This document shows positions 44,711 to 56,141 of a stretch of DNA of 64,000 nucleotides, in pieces. Made by a program: the position numbers and the translations under genes. The notes beneath the pieces are model-generated. The model searched no databases. It saw nothing but the letters and a program-made list of their open reading frames with translations, and was not told where the DNA came from. The stretch is taken from the IMG/VR virus record IMGVR_UViG_3300045988_173968. One strand, 5' to 3'. Numbering within the stretch: the first letter of the stretch is position 1; each line of letters opens with the position of its first letter. This DNA is from a virus.

Positions 44711-46027
44711 ATGAAGAAGAGAGTCGATATTGGTTATCACGATTATGTATATAAATTATTTTTTGAGCCAGGCTTAGATCTTGCGCCTAACGAGAGCCTG
44801 ACAAGAAATATTACCTTTCAGGTAACTGATGACTGCTGTATGAATTGCTCCTACTGTTACCAAGGTCATAAAGGTCATCGCATCATGTCTAAGGAGGTCG
44901 CCCGCAAGGGAGTTGACCTCCTTTTTGATATGTATGAGAAAAATGATAGCCCATTTATCAACAAAAAGACCAAGGCCATCATCCTCGACTTCATTGGCGG
45001 TGAACCGTTAATGGCGGTTGATGTTATCGATTACATCTGTACCTATTTTGTGCAGAAATGTCTTGAGCTTGATCACCCGTGGCTATATACATGGCGTGCC
45101 TCGATGACATCAAACGGCGCTTTGTATTTTGAGCCAGCTGTTCAGAATTTTCTGAAAAAGTTCCGTGGCAATGTGAGCTTCTCAATCACTCTTGATGGCC
45201 CTAAAGAAATTCACGATGCTTGTCGAGTTTACCACGATGGTCGTGGTAACTTTGATGATGCCTATGCTGCGATGAAGCATTTTAATTCGCACTACTACGA
45301 AGAGCTTGGCACTAAGGTTACTATTGCGCCGGAAAATCTGCATAATCTTAATAAAATCGTAGATTTCTTTCTTGCGGAAGGCATGAATCTTATTCACGCA
45401 AATTGCGTGTATGAAGCAAAGTGGACTTATGAACAAGCAAGCGTATTTTACGATGAGTTAAAAAAGATGGCCGACAAGTTGCTTGAACGCAATGATGAAA
45501 CTACTGTGAGCCTGTTTGATGAAGCGTTCTTCAGACCATTACCGCCAGAAGAAAATTCAAATTGGTGTGGAGGGGATATGAAAATGTTGGCATTTGACCC
45601 GGCTGGCATTGCATATCCGTGTTTGCGATATATGTCATCATCTCTTGGAACTGATAGAGCCCCAATTATAGTTGGCTCAGTAGATGGGCTCTTTGTTACG
45701 GAAGAGCAAAAGAACATCAAAGAATACATGGATAAAATAACACGCCGTTCTCAGTCTACGGATGAATGCTTTAATTGCCCGATAGCGGGCGGCTGTGCTT
45801 GGTGCTCCGCTTGGAATTACCAAGAAACTGGTTCCGTTAACAAGCGCAGTACAAATATTTGTGCAATGCACAAAGCCAGGTCTTTAGCTAATGTGTATTA
45901 CTGGAACAAGTGGTATAAGCAGAACGGTATCGACAAGGTATTCAAGATGTATCTGCCCAAAGAAGAAGCCTTAAAGATCATCAACGAGCAGGAATACGAT
46001 ATGCTTGCTGAACTCAGCAAAGAGTAA
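44711..46027 (+). CDS. radical SAM / SPASM-domain peptide-maturase-like enzyme (anSME-related)
   Basis: CMNCSYCY (CxxxCxxC) near the N-terminus, GGEPL, and C-terminal auxiliary-cluster cysteines (WCGG..., YPCLRY, CFNCPIAGGCAWCSAWNY...CAMHK). Confidence 0.85.
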   Translation: MKKRVDIGYHDYVYKLFFEPGLDLAPNESLTRNITFQVTDDCCMNCSYCYQGHKGHRIMSKEVARKGVDLLFDMYEKNDSPFINKKTKAIILDFIGGEPLMAVDVIDYICTYFVQKCLELDHPWLYTWRASMTSNGALYFEPAVQNFLKKFRGNVSFSITLDGPKEIHDACRVYHDGRGNFDDAYAAMKHFNSHYYEELGTKVTIAPENLHNLNKIVDFFLAEGMNLIHANCVYEAKWTYEQASVFYDELKKMADKLLERNDETTVSLFDEAFFRPLPPEENSNWCGGDMKMLAFDPAGIAYPCLRYMSSSLGTDRAPIIVGSVDGLFVTEEQKNIKEYMDKITRRSQSTDECFNCPIAGGCAWCSAWNYQETGSVNKRSTNICAMHKARSLANVYYWNKWYKQNGIDKVFKMYLPKEEALKIINEQEYDMLAELSKE

Positions 46028-46048
46028 AAATGAAAGGAGGTCATATCT

Positions 46049-46699
46049 ATGGCTCTTGAATCAAAGAATCAGACGCTTGCCTCCGATTTTATATCTCTTA
46101 AAGCAAGAGTAAAAGCTGAAATGCAACGCCGTAAATATAACGGTGATCTTACAAAATACGCTGGAGCCGAATGGGATTATGTTGTTCAGCCGACTGCCGG
46201 TGGGAAACTTCTGCCGGAACACTATAATAAAATCATTGAACCGCTGAATGCTATTGCACCGACTGGGTTTAATGCCCCCATAAGGCAAGGCGATCATGCA
46301 ATTGCTATTAAGGTTGCAGTGGACAAACTGGAAGAATACGAGAAGAAGTCTCCATCGAGCGGAGCAAATGACTGTGCTGTGAGTTGCTCTGGGAGATGCA
46401 CCACGAGCTGCGGGAGTAATTGTTACAAAGTCTGCCATGGCGGTTGTAGTTATGGGTGCGGTGTTGGCTGTAGCGGCGATTGTGATGGTGGATGTGAAGG
46501 TGATTGCAATACGACTTGTTCTGGAACATGCAAAACTGGTTGTGGTGGAGGATGTAAAGGAACATGCAAAGGTGGTTGCAGCAATGGCTGCAGTCAGTAT
46601 TGCAACTTGTCTTGCGGCTACGGTTGCGGCATGGGCTGCGGTAATGGTTGTGGCGGGAGTTCAGGCGGCGGAACCACTAATCCTGGCACCGGAGCCTAA
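46049..46699 (+). CDS. CXXX-repeat protein B: 108-aa N-terminal domain plus 24 perfectly phased Cys-X3 repeats
   Basis: ATG after GAAAGGAGG. Repeat region CAVSCSGRCTTSCGSNCYKVCHGGC...CGMGCGNGCGG. Confidence 0.8.
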   Translation: MALESKNQTLASDFISLKARVKAEMQRRKYNGDLTKYAGAEWDYVVQPTAGGKLLPEHYNKIIEPLNAIAPTGFNAPIRQGDHAIAIKVAVDKLEEYEKKSPSSGANDCAVSCSGRCTTSCGSNCYKVCHGGCSYGCGVGCSGDCDGGCEGDCNTTCSGTCKTGCGGGCKGTCKGGCSNGCSQYCNLSCGYGCGMGCGNGCGGSSGGGTTNPGTGA

Positions 46700-46726
46700 A
46701 CAATGATTAACTTGGAGGATTAAAAT

Positions 46727-47203
46727 ATGGAAACTGTAAAATGTTCTTTCTTTTACGAAGGCGAAGAGTACGAGTTTGAGATGCGCAACCGCATCTCTTT
46801 CACCGAGATGGCTGTTCTTTGCCACAATGTTGTTGGGGAGATGTTCTCTAATGGAGAATACTTCCCTGAGTTCCGTGATTTCGCTATGTGGAAGGAGATC
46901 ATTCGCGCATATACCAATGTGTCTCTGTGGGATGATTCCGAGGACATTAACGAAATGAACAAGAATTACGAGCTCATCTTCGGATCTACCATCTGCGACG
47001 AAATTCGCAGCATCGCTGGCGAACAGATTGATCGCCAGATCGAGGAGTATATAGACAAGCTGGAACAGCGTGAGCTAAATAAGACCAGGCTGGATATGCT
47101 TATCGATGAGATAATTGGAGATCCATCCGTAACAGCGGCTTTGAAACAGGTTGCGGATACTTTGTCCGTAGCTCAGCAAGCTGATGAAGAGAAAACTGAA
47201 TAA
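46727..47203 (+). CDS. acidic protein; tail assembly chaperone candidate by position
   Basis: ORF with TGGAGGA RBS. 158 aa, acidic, upstream of the tape measure gene. Confidence 0.45.
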   Translation: METVKCSFFYEGEEYEFEMRNRISFTEMAVLCHNVVGEMFSNGEYFPEFRDFAMWKEIIRAYTNVSLWDDSEDINEMNKNYELIFGSTICDEIRSIAGEQIDRQIEEYIDKLEQRELNKTRLDMLIDEIIGDPSVTAALKQVADTLSVAQQADEEKTE

Positions 47204-47215
47204 GACACGATTAAG

Positions 47216-47245
47216 CGGGGCCCTTATTGGGCCCCGTAGTTTTAA
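47216..47245 (+). terminator. hairpin terminator
   Basis: CGGGGCCC-UUAUU-GGGCCCCG followed by UAGUUUU. Confidence 0.6.
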
Positions 47246-47265
47246 CGCTGAAAGGAGGCGACTTT

Positions 47266-47919
47266 TTGGCTACTATATATTTTAACAATGACGCCGAATT
47301 TGTGAATTACTTCAACTCCCAAGAAGGGAAAAAGGTCGCCAAGCAACTCGTAAGACGAGCAAAAGCATCCAAGAGCGGCGTTGTTGGCAAGAGTTCTGGC
47401 ATTGAATTTTCGGCAGCCGATGGGGATAGTAGAACGCAAGAGGAAATTATGTTTGATGAAGCAAATCGGTTGCGCGATTTGATTATGAAATGGATTCGGC
47501 TTTTCCTTAACTTAAAGTCTCATAAGGATGGCGTTTATTGGGGCATCTATAGAACAAATGAATACTGGCGAACTGGAAAATTAAAGCGTTCTGTTAAAGA
47601 GGTTGAGCCCAATTTTGTTCGAATAACCCAAGGACAACATGAACAGCTTTCAATCGATATTGATTTTGATCAAGAAAGCATTATGCACGAGTCGATTTTG
47701 AACGAGTGGTATCCTGGGGAATATGAAGATCGATATCAAGGCGATGTTTATAAACTGATTCGTTACGGTTGGAGAGTTCGAAAAGATGTTTGGTTCAAGA
47801 ATATACCTGATTTTGGTTATTTTGATGGCTTTGACTTTGTTGATATGGCTGTAAAAGAGTTTAATTCCAACAATCCGTACAAAATAAAGGTTGCATTGTC
47901 TGATGCATTCTATAAGTAA
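47266..47919 (+). CDS. hypothetical protein (217 aa)
   Basis: TTG start 7 nt after AGGAGG, within ORF 47227..47919. Confidence 0.5.
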   Translation: MATIYFNNDAEFVNYFNSQEGKKVAKQLVRRAKASKSGVVGKSSGIEFSAADGDSRTQEEIMFDEANRLRDLIMKWIRLFLNLKSHKDGVYWGIYRTNEYWRTGKLKRSVKEVEPNFVRITQGQHEQLSIDIDFDQESIMHESILNEWYPGEYEDRYQGDVYKLIRYGWRVRKDVWFKNIPDFGYFDGFDFVDMAVKEFNSNNPYKIKVALSDAFYK

Positions 47920-47933
47920 AAAGAGGTGGTTAT

Positions 47934-50900
47934 GTGGCTGATAATTATAAGATAAGACTTATTGGTGAGTTGGACGCTGAAACAACCACCTCGAATATAA
48001 AAAAACAACTCGAAGGAATAAAGATTAAGGCAAACATTCTTGAAGGCGGTTTTACCGCGGAGAGTATAGAGAAGCTTTCCGAGCAAATCTCCAATGCAGT
48101 AGATGCTTATCAGAAGAAAAGCGAAAAATCTCCTATACGGGTTCCAATTAAAATCTCCAAGGTTGATGGAAGTGAAGCTATTGCTGTATTCAAGAATCAG
48201 CTTAGCAAGGAGATCAATGCTCTGAACATTGCCTCTCCTGGTACGCACGATGTGCATTTGGAAATCAAGGATTCCGAGTAGGGCAAAGAAAAGGCTGCAG
48301 CTCTTAAACAAGAAGCAAATGAGCAAGCGGCTAAGGCTGCCGAAAAAGAATTAAAGGCTCATCAGGCTACAAATACTGCTTTGCAAAATGAGATTGATAA
48401 GCTCAAGGAGAAGTTCCAAGAGCAGCAAAAAGCTAACGCAGAAGCACTGGCTGAAGAGCGTCAGGCGAGAAAAAAGGCTGAAGCCGAAGCGGCTGTGACA
48501 AACGAGAAGAAAAAGCAGCAGGAAGCTGAAGTTGCCGCTCAAGCCGCCCAAAAAAGAACTAACAAACTGATTCAGGATTCTATAAGTTTACTTAATAAAC
48601 AGACTGTTTATTTCAAGAAAAACCCCGTTGTATATAACGGAAACATACTTGACGCTAACCGTTGGAAATACCAGTTAAACAATATCATCAATGGCAAGGT
48701 TACAAATCCTGATGAAGCGGCAGATATCGTTTCAAAATATCGTCAGTGGTTTGACGGTATGAAAACATCCGCTATTGAAGCTGGCATAACTGGCGCAACG
48801 GCCATCGATAAGATAAAGCAGGCTATTACTAAGTTTGGCAGTTGGAACATCATGACTTTTGCCATCACCAAACTTAAGCGCGGCCTTGTTGATATCGTTA
48901 AAAATGTCAAAGAGCTTGATGCTGCGATGACGGAGCTGCAAAAAGTTACGGATGAAACATCCAACCGATACGAGCGCTTTGTTAAGGACGCTGCTGCTTC
49001 CGCCAAGCAACTTGGTACTACCCTTGTCGGTATCGTAAACGCTACGAGCACATTTGCTCGACTTGGCTACAATATAGATGATGCTTCTGAATATGCAAAA
49101 ATCGCAACCGTCTATAAGAATGTTGGCGACTCTATTGAAAGTATCGATGATGCTGCAAGCAGTCTTGTCTCTACGATGAAAGCATTTAAGCTTGAGAGTA
49201 TTAGTGACGCTTGGGGTATTATTGATCTGTTTAACGAGGTTGGCAACTCCTTTGCGACTACATCCGGAGACATCGGCGAAGCGATGAAGCGCTCTGCCTC
49301 TGCTTTGTATGAAGCGGGCAATACGATTGAGCAGTCTGTTGGTTTGTATACTGCAGCGCAAACGATTGTACAGGATGCTGATGTAGTTGGTACGGCATTA
49401 AAGACTCTTTCTATGCGCTTGCGTGGCACAAAAACTGATCTTGAAGCCGCTGGACTTGATGTCGATGGGCTTGCATCTTCTACATCTGCGTTAAGAGGTG
49501 AGATCCTTGCCCTTACCAATGTGGATATTATGAAGAGCGCTACCGAGTTCAAGTCTACATATGAAATGTTGCAGGATTTGAGCAAGGTATGGGATAAGCT
49601 CGAAGAAACCTCTCGTGCCAGAGTTCTTGAACTCGTTGCCGGTAAGCGAATGGCTTCCACAGTTGCGGCCATTATCAATAATTTCGACATTGCTGAAGAA
49701 GTTACTGGATTGAACTATTCCGGCAGTGCCTTAAAAGAAAATGAGAAATACCTCGAAAGTATCAATGGACGCATTGATGTACTTAAAGCTTCTTATGAGG
49801 AACTTTCTCAAACCGTGCTCGATAGTGGTCTTGTTAAAGCATTTGTAGATATCGGGAATGCAGCTATCAATGCATTTAACTGGCTTTATAGCGCAGAAAT
49901 TAGTTCTGACTCTCCGATTGGCAAATTAGGCAACATTTCAAAAAGTGTATATGAAATCAAAGATGCTATAACTTCCTTAATCCCATCCTTAGATCATGTT
50001 TCGAAGATAAAGCTGTGGGGCATCTTGCCAACAATCATTCCTGCTATTACTGCCATTTCCAATGTACTAAGCAAAGGAAATGATAACGGGTATGTACAGG
50101 TAAAAAGAGAAGGAACATCATTAAGGCTTGCTGGCACTGATCGCTGGGCGAACGAAAAGGAAGCACTATCAGAAAAAGACTACCTTGACTTCTTAGGGTT
50201 TGGAGATTATACAAAGGCTGAAAAGTATCTCAAGAAAAATAAAGATAAATTTGACGGGTTATTTAAAGAGATTCTCACATGGAAATACGATTCGACTGAT
50301 CTTGATCCAGACACGCTACTTCCAAAGAAAAAATTCAAACCCCTCTTTGAAACTGACCCTCAAAAATATCAGGAGAAGATAAAGCAATTTGGCGCTTATG
50401 CTGATGCGGCTGATCAAATTGCCCATAGCACTGAGCAAGCAGCGGAAGCTACTGATATGATGGGCGAAGCCGTTGTTCGAGACACCTTTAAATATAAAGC
50501 TTTTACTGTTGCTGCTAAAGCGGCCAATGTAGCTTTATCAACGCTTAAGAGTCTCGCTATCTCATTTGCTATTCAGCTCGCTATAAACGCGGTAGTTGCT
50601 CTTGTCGATGAACTTAAAAATGGCATGAGCAACGCTGTTGAACGAGTGAGCGATGCCAAATCTGCTCTTGAAAGTGTTGACGAAAAAATCTCCGATACAA
50701 CAAAAGAACTTGAAGAGGCTCAGAGCAGGATTAAAGATATTCAAAATCTTGGAAAACTGTCAATTACGGATGCATCTGATCTCCGTAATCTTCAGTTATC
50801 CAATGCTCAACTTCTTGTACAGCTTTCGTTGCTCGAAAAGGAAAAAGAGCTTAAAGAAGCTGAACTTAATGCTGGCAAGAATGCCGTTTGGAATCGTTTT

Positions 50901-53150
50901 CAAAATTCACGGTGGGATGGATATTACACAAGACCCCAGGAAAAGTTAACTCAAGAAGAATATGTTAACTACATGCGTGATCAGCTTCCTAAAAAATACG
51001 AGCGTATTGCGGCACTCAATCAACTGGCTTCCCAAAGAGATTTGACCGCCGCCGAGAAGGGCGAGCTAAAATTATTGCAGTCCGGGATTGAAAAGGCACA
51101 AACCAATCTTCTTGAAATTGCTGAAAACCTGAAGGATATTGACAGTGAGCAGTCTAACGCTGTCATTGCAATGATTGCATGGCTGACTTCCAACAGTAAA
51201 ACACAGCTCGAATTGTTTAATACCTACGCTGGTTCTATATCTGAGGGAGTACAGAAATCGTTGCTTGATATGGCATCGGCTGGAACCTTAACGGAAGAAA
51301 GTCTTAAAAGGGTTGTCCCCGAGCAAACGCTCGAAGCCATGGTTGCCCTTTGCGGCTCTATTGAGAATGTTATCTATCAATATGAGAACATGGCAAATAG
51401 CGGAGCGGATGTTACTGGCTCTCTGTATGCACAGGCTCGTGAGCTTGAATCTATCAACGAAGATATGGATTCCTTGCAAAGCTCATATAAAACGCTCGTC
51501 GCGGCCATAAGCGAATATAATGCAAATGGCTACATGACTGTTGATACATTGCAGTCTTTCCTGTCCTTGTCTGACGACTATATTGAGGCTCTCACGCTTG
51601 AGAATGGACAGCTTGTTCTGAACACTGATAGTATCATCGCCTTGGCAAATGCTCGACTCGACGAAATGCTTGCGAAGAAGTGGAATCAGACTGTCGAAGT
51701 TATTGATACTCTCATTAAAGAGAAGAGTAGTACCGAAGAGACTACGGAGTCTATTCAAGATAAGACATACGCCATTGAAGATATGACGGATGCCGCTCTT
51801 GAGAATTACATTGTGGAACAGCTTGGGCTTAAGAGTAACCAAGAAATCAACAGTGAACTTCGTGCGGCTATCGACTCATTTAATATCTATAAGGCGATGA
51901 TTGATTCTACTCGAAAAGGTCTTGGACGGTACACCAATACCACTTTCGGAGCCGCAGACGCAACAAAATCTCTAACCGATGCAATTAAGGATCAATATGA
52001 TAAGCTACTTGATAAGGAGAAAGCCCGTATCAATGCTGCCAAAGAAGTTCTCGAGGATAGAAAGAAAGATCTTCAAGATGAACTTGATGCCCTTGAGGAG
52101 CAGTACGAAGCCGAGGATAAACTCCTCGAATTGCAAAAGGCAAAAGACCGTTATGAAGCGGCTAAGGCGAACAAGAATACTCGGCTTTATACGGCTGATA
52201 AGGGATGGCAGTGGGTATCCGATCCACAAGAACTTGAGGACGCAAAGAGTAGCCTTGATGAACTCCACAAAGAGATGGAGCGAGATGAGGCTAAGAAGGC
52301 TATTCAAGACCAAATCGACGCTATCGATAACCTAATTGATAAGTGTGACGATGCGCTGGATATTCTCGGGCAAGACTGGGATGATTACATTGAGCATTTG
52401 AATCTTGTCGCTGAGATGCAAGGTCTTACTATGGATCAGTTGGGCGATCAGGTCGAAGGATTTGTTGACCGCGCAATAGACCTCATCAGGCAGTATTCCA
52501 ATGCCTTGAAAGAAGCAGCGGCAGCTGAAAGTATGCTCGGTAATGGCAATGGTAAAAAGAATGCCGGAGATAACGACAAGCCAGTAGAAAAGGATTTCTG
52601 GAAAGATACAAAGGCTGGCACAATAATCTCTGATGTAATTGCGAAAAGCAAGCAGCAGGAGAATTGGTATCGTAATAATCTGCCGAATTCCATTACTAAC
52701 CCATTCCCGAACGGAGTAAGTGGTGTATCGGGCACAAAGATTGCAGGTAAGATAGTAGATGATATTGCTAAGGGAAAGCGCGCTCCGCTCGCTACCGGCG
52801 TTAAGTATGTTTCCTCATCCGGTATTTACAATGTCGATGATGGAAACGGCCCAGAAATCATCGCTCGTCGCGGCAGATATACTCGACTTGAAGTTGGCGA
52901 TGGTGTTGTACCAGCAGATTTAACTGCTCGGTTATTTGCTCTTGCCAAATCTCCAGAGGAATACATTATGCCTAAAGTAAGCGGACTGTTTGCTATTTTG
53001 GCTGCCAATTTGATTGGCCGTCCCGGTCAGGTACAGCAATCTGCTCAACAGCCTATCTATATCGCTAAGGTAGAAGTTACTGGTGTTGAGGATGTTGATG
53101 GGTTCCTTGACGAATTAACTAAAATCGTAAATCGTAAGAGAAAGGTGTGA
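47934..53150 (+). CDS. tape measure protein (about 1738 codons) with an in-frame TAG at 48279
   Basis: GTG start after AAGAGGTGG. ORFs 47934..48281 and 48381..53150 are in the same frame, separated only by TAG. Very long coiled-coil protein. Confidence 0.8.
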
Positions 53151-53156
53151 TAATTT

Positions 53157-54509
53157 ATGGCTTTGATTTATAAACCGCTGCGGCAATTTATGAGGCCGTG
53201 TGATACAGTAATTGACCCAAAGAGCAAGGAAGAAAATGTCTTTAGCCTTACTGTCGATGGCCAAATTTGCACCGCATACCGTTTTGTAGTTTATGATCTG
53301 CGCGGTAACATCAATAATTCTCTTACGACCGGTTTGGTTGAGCTTGATACGCCGTTGTACGATGGAGACACCTTGGAGCACGAGGTGTCTCCGAATTCTT
53401 TTACCGCTGGTGAAACATATCGGTGGCAGGTGTGCCTTCTTGCTTCAAAAATGGTCGTAGAGAGTGTAGATGCAACTGAAAAGACCTACAAGGTTGCAAA
53501 CCACAACCTTGTGACAGGCGATTCCATTTTCGTCTTTTCCTCTGGCTCGCTGCCTACTGAACTGACTGCGTGGAAGCTGTATTATATACGCCGCATCGAC
53601 AAAGATAATATAGCACTGTTCGAGTATATTGACGGTGCAAAGAACGATGCCGGTAGAGTGGAAGTAACTGCTCCTGCCGATGGAGCAACATTGTCTATTT
53701 ATAATGGGGTTCAATCGGAACACATTGTATTTGATGTATATGACTCCCCTACCCTGTCGTTGACATCGGAAGAAATAACGGGGCATGAATACACATGGAA
53801 ACCAGAGTATTCCCATCCACAAGGGGTTATGGTTAATCATTGGGAAGCATTCATTGCAGACCCAAATTCTGCAGAATCTGATATTGTCAGCAGCGGTGAT
53901 GTGTATTCTTCAAAGATCGAGTGGAAATACGATGGTCTGATGAGTGGAACTACATACTGGGTATGGTTTAAAATAGTCACGAATATTGGGCAGACCTATT
54001 ACTCTCCCAGAGTGCCTTTCCGGGTTGTATATTCTGATGTATCTGTAGGTATGGTACCTTCTGCTACCAATAGCGAAGACGAATCGCATGTTCTTGTCCG
54101 CTGGTCTTCACTGATAGAGAATATTGGGAAAATTACAGGTGATTACTCGTTCATTGACTATTTGGATAAACCAAACAAGGGGCTTTATCTGCATGCAGGA
54201 GCTGAGCTCTCATACGAGGAGCTCAAGGTCAACGCAGAAGAAAGTTCAGTCCCAATGTTTATGTGGACTCCTCGAAGCTCTGACTTTGACGGCGTAATCA
54301 TGAAGGCAGAGAACTCATTAACTACCGAAACCCTTGAGATAGGATATGATTCCACACTGCAGTGTTTCTGGTTCTCTATTAACGGTAATGAACCCCGGTA
54401 CAATGCGGTACATGCCATTTATCCAAACACTTCGTATGCGATTGGCATGGCCGGAGAACAGCTTGTCGTCAATGTTGTTGGCAATGTGGAGGTGAATTGG
54501 AATGAATAA
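53157..54509 (+). CDS. tail-tip structural protein (distal tail region)
   Basis: 450 aa, immediately after the tape measure gene. Confidence 0.55.
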   Translation: MALIYKPLRQFMRPCDTVIDPKSKEENVFSLTVDGQICTAYRFVVYDLRGNINNSLTTGLVELDTPLYDGDTLEHEVSPNSFTAGETYRWQVCLLASKMVVESVDATEKTYKVANHNLVTGDSIFVFSSGSLPTELTAWKLYYIRRIDKDNIALFEYIDGAKNDAGRVEVTAPADGATLSIYNGVQSEHIVFDVYDSPTLSLTSEEITGHEYTWKPEYSHPQGVMVNHWEAFIADPNSAESDIVSSGDVYSSKIEWKYDGLMSGTTYWVWFKIVTNIGQTYYSPRVPFRVVYSDVSVGMVPSATNSEDESHVLVRWSSLIENIGKITGDYSFIDYLDKPNKGLYLHAGAELSYEELKVNAEESSVPMFMWTPRSSDFDGVIMKAENSLTTETLEIGYDSTLQCFWFSINGNEPRYNAVHAIYPNTSYAIGMAGEQLVVNVVGNVEVNWNE

Positions 54510-55365
54510 TTACTTCAATACTGCCGCATCCGGCCTTGCGGTTGCTTCTTCTCATAATCCAACAGTACCAAAGATCTCGGTTTACGATAAAGTAACATTC
54601 TATGCTCAAGAAGGATGTGTACTCGATAAGATTTATGGCGTTAATCGCATTTTGACCAGAGAAGAAATCGACGAGAATAGCACGCCTCAATTTTCTCCGA
54701 AGTGGGAGCCAGATGTGTACCTCATCTGCGAGTTTAACGGTGGTATTTCTGGTGGCAATGTTGAGAATATTACCTCTAAGGTTAAGAAATGGCTGTTATA
54801 CAGAGGATTGCAAGGTGCTTCGAGCATGAAGCTCGTGAGTGTCTTAGAAGCGAATGAAACATTCTTCAAAGACTTCACTGCTTCCAAAACGCATAATTAC
54901 CAGTATAGGTTGTTTGCACAAACGGAAAATGAAATGTCTGTTCCAATGGATACCAATGTGGTTTACTGCAATTACTTTGGTTGGTTCCTTATCGATGAGG
55001 AAAACCAGGTGGCGTATAGCTTTGGTAACAATCTTGAAGACACAACCATTTCTCAGGTCGAAGATGTTACTGAGTATTCAACCAACAAACGGTTTAGTGT
55101 TCACAGCCGTGGCAATATGGATTACCTCTCCGGCTCAGTAACTGCTGTTGTAACAGATAATTGTTCTGCGCAGATCCAAACTGTTGAACATCTTGAAGAA
55201 CTTCGCAACTTCATTCTTAGTGATCGTCCAAAGATTGTGAAGGATAACAAGGGGCGGGCATTCTATGCGTTCGTCGATGGTTACAGTGAAAGCGATGTGT
55301 TTAATGGAGCTGATGGTGATTTCAAATATATCACCTTCAACTTTAAGGAAATGGAAGAATTGTGA
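54502..55365 (+). CDS. tail-tip structural protein
   Basis: Overlapping start. 287 aa. Confidence 0.55.
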   Translation: MNNYFNTAASGLAVASSHNPTVPKISVYDKVTFYAQEGCVLDKIYGVNRILTREEIDENSTPQFSPKWEPDVYLICEFNGGISGGNVENITSKVKKWLLYRGLQGASSMKLVSVLEANETFFKDFTASKTHNYQYRLFAQTENEMSVPMDTNVVYCNYFGWFLIDEENQVAYSFGNNLEDTTISQVEDVTEYSTNKRFSVHSRGNMDYLSGSVTAVVTDNCSAQIQTVEHLEELRNFILSDRPKIVKDNKGRAFYAFVDGYSESDVFNGADGDFKYITFNFKEMEEL

Positions 55366-55376
55366 GGTGATTAACT

Positions 55377-55676
55377 ATGCCTAAAATAGATATGCCAATT
55401 GGTGTTGGCAACAAAGACTATAGCGATGAAGCCAAGAAATTGACTGAGCTTATGTTCGATGCTGGAAGGACATCTACAGGGCAGGTTGAATATACGAGTG
55501 CCACAAGCGGAATATCCTATAGAACTGCAGATTATCCTGACAATTCCTCCATATACAACAAAGGAGATGTTGGGCTGATTTCCCTGCTTCATACATTGTA
55601 TGGTGGAGAAGATGGTTGGATCATGATGGCTAAAGATATCAATGAAAAATCTGCAGTTGAAATTGTAAAATGGTAA
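55377..55676 (+). CDS. small tail-module protein sharing a Y-T-x-DYP...N-K/R-G-x-x-G-L/M-ISLL motif with gene 58019..58816
   Basis: ORF with GAGGTGA RBS. Confidence 0.5.
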   Translation: MPKIDMPIGVGNKDYSDEAKKLTELMFDAGRTSTGQVEYTSATSGISYRTADYPDNSSIYNKGDVGLISLLHTLYGGEDGWIMMAKDINEKSAVEIVKW

Positions 55677-55689
55677 GGAGATGTGAAAT

Positions 55690-56121
55690 ATGAGCACATT
55701 AAGCCAATACACTGGTTTCCTTTTGAGCCTCGGCAATAAGGAAATCAATCTAAATTCCGACTCATTCAAGATAATGCTTGTCGGGTCGTCTTATACTCCC
55801 GATAAATCGCACCGCTATTTGTCTGCTGTTTCTGGCGAAATTTCCGGAACAGGTTATACAAGTGGAGGTAAAGTATTGACTAACATCAGTTTTAAGGTGA
55901 ACGCGGATGGTAGTACATACACATGGAAGGCGGATTCAGTCACATATGAGAATCTGACTGCCGATAATATTCGCTATGCTGTTGTTTATGATAATACGCC
56001 TTCCTCTGCTGGTCAGAAACCGCTCATAGCCTATTTTGATTTTGGCAAAAACCTAAATGTCTCTGGTGCAGATGTCACTATTGCTTGGAACGATAAGGGC
56101 ATTATAACTATAACTGTGTAA
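55690..56121 (+). CDS. tail-module protein (143 aa)
   Basis: ORF with TAAGGAG RBS. Confidence 0.5.
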   Translation: MSTLSQYTGFLLSLGNKEINLNSDSFKIMLVGSSYTPDKSHRYLSAVSGEISGTGYTSGGKVLTNISFKVNADGSTYTWKADSVTYENLTADNIRYAVVYDNTPSSAGQKPLIAYFDFGKNLNVSGADVTIAWNDKGIITITV

Positions 56122-56141
56122 CGATACGGGGGTGAGTAAAG

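Noticed and set aside
46727-47934. Programmed -1 frameshift in the tail chaperone genes upstream of the tape measure
   Set aside because: No slippery heptamer with an overlapping extended frame was found. A terminator hairpin separates 46727..47203 from the next gene.
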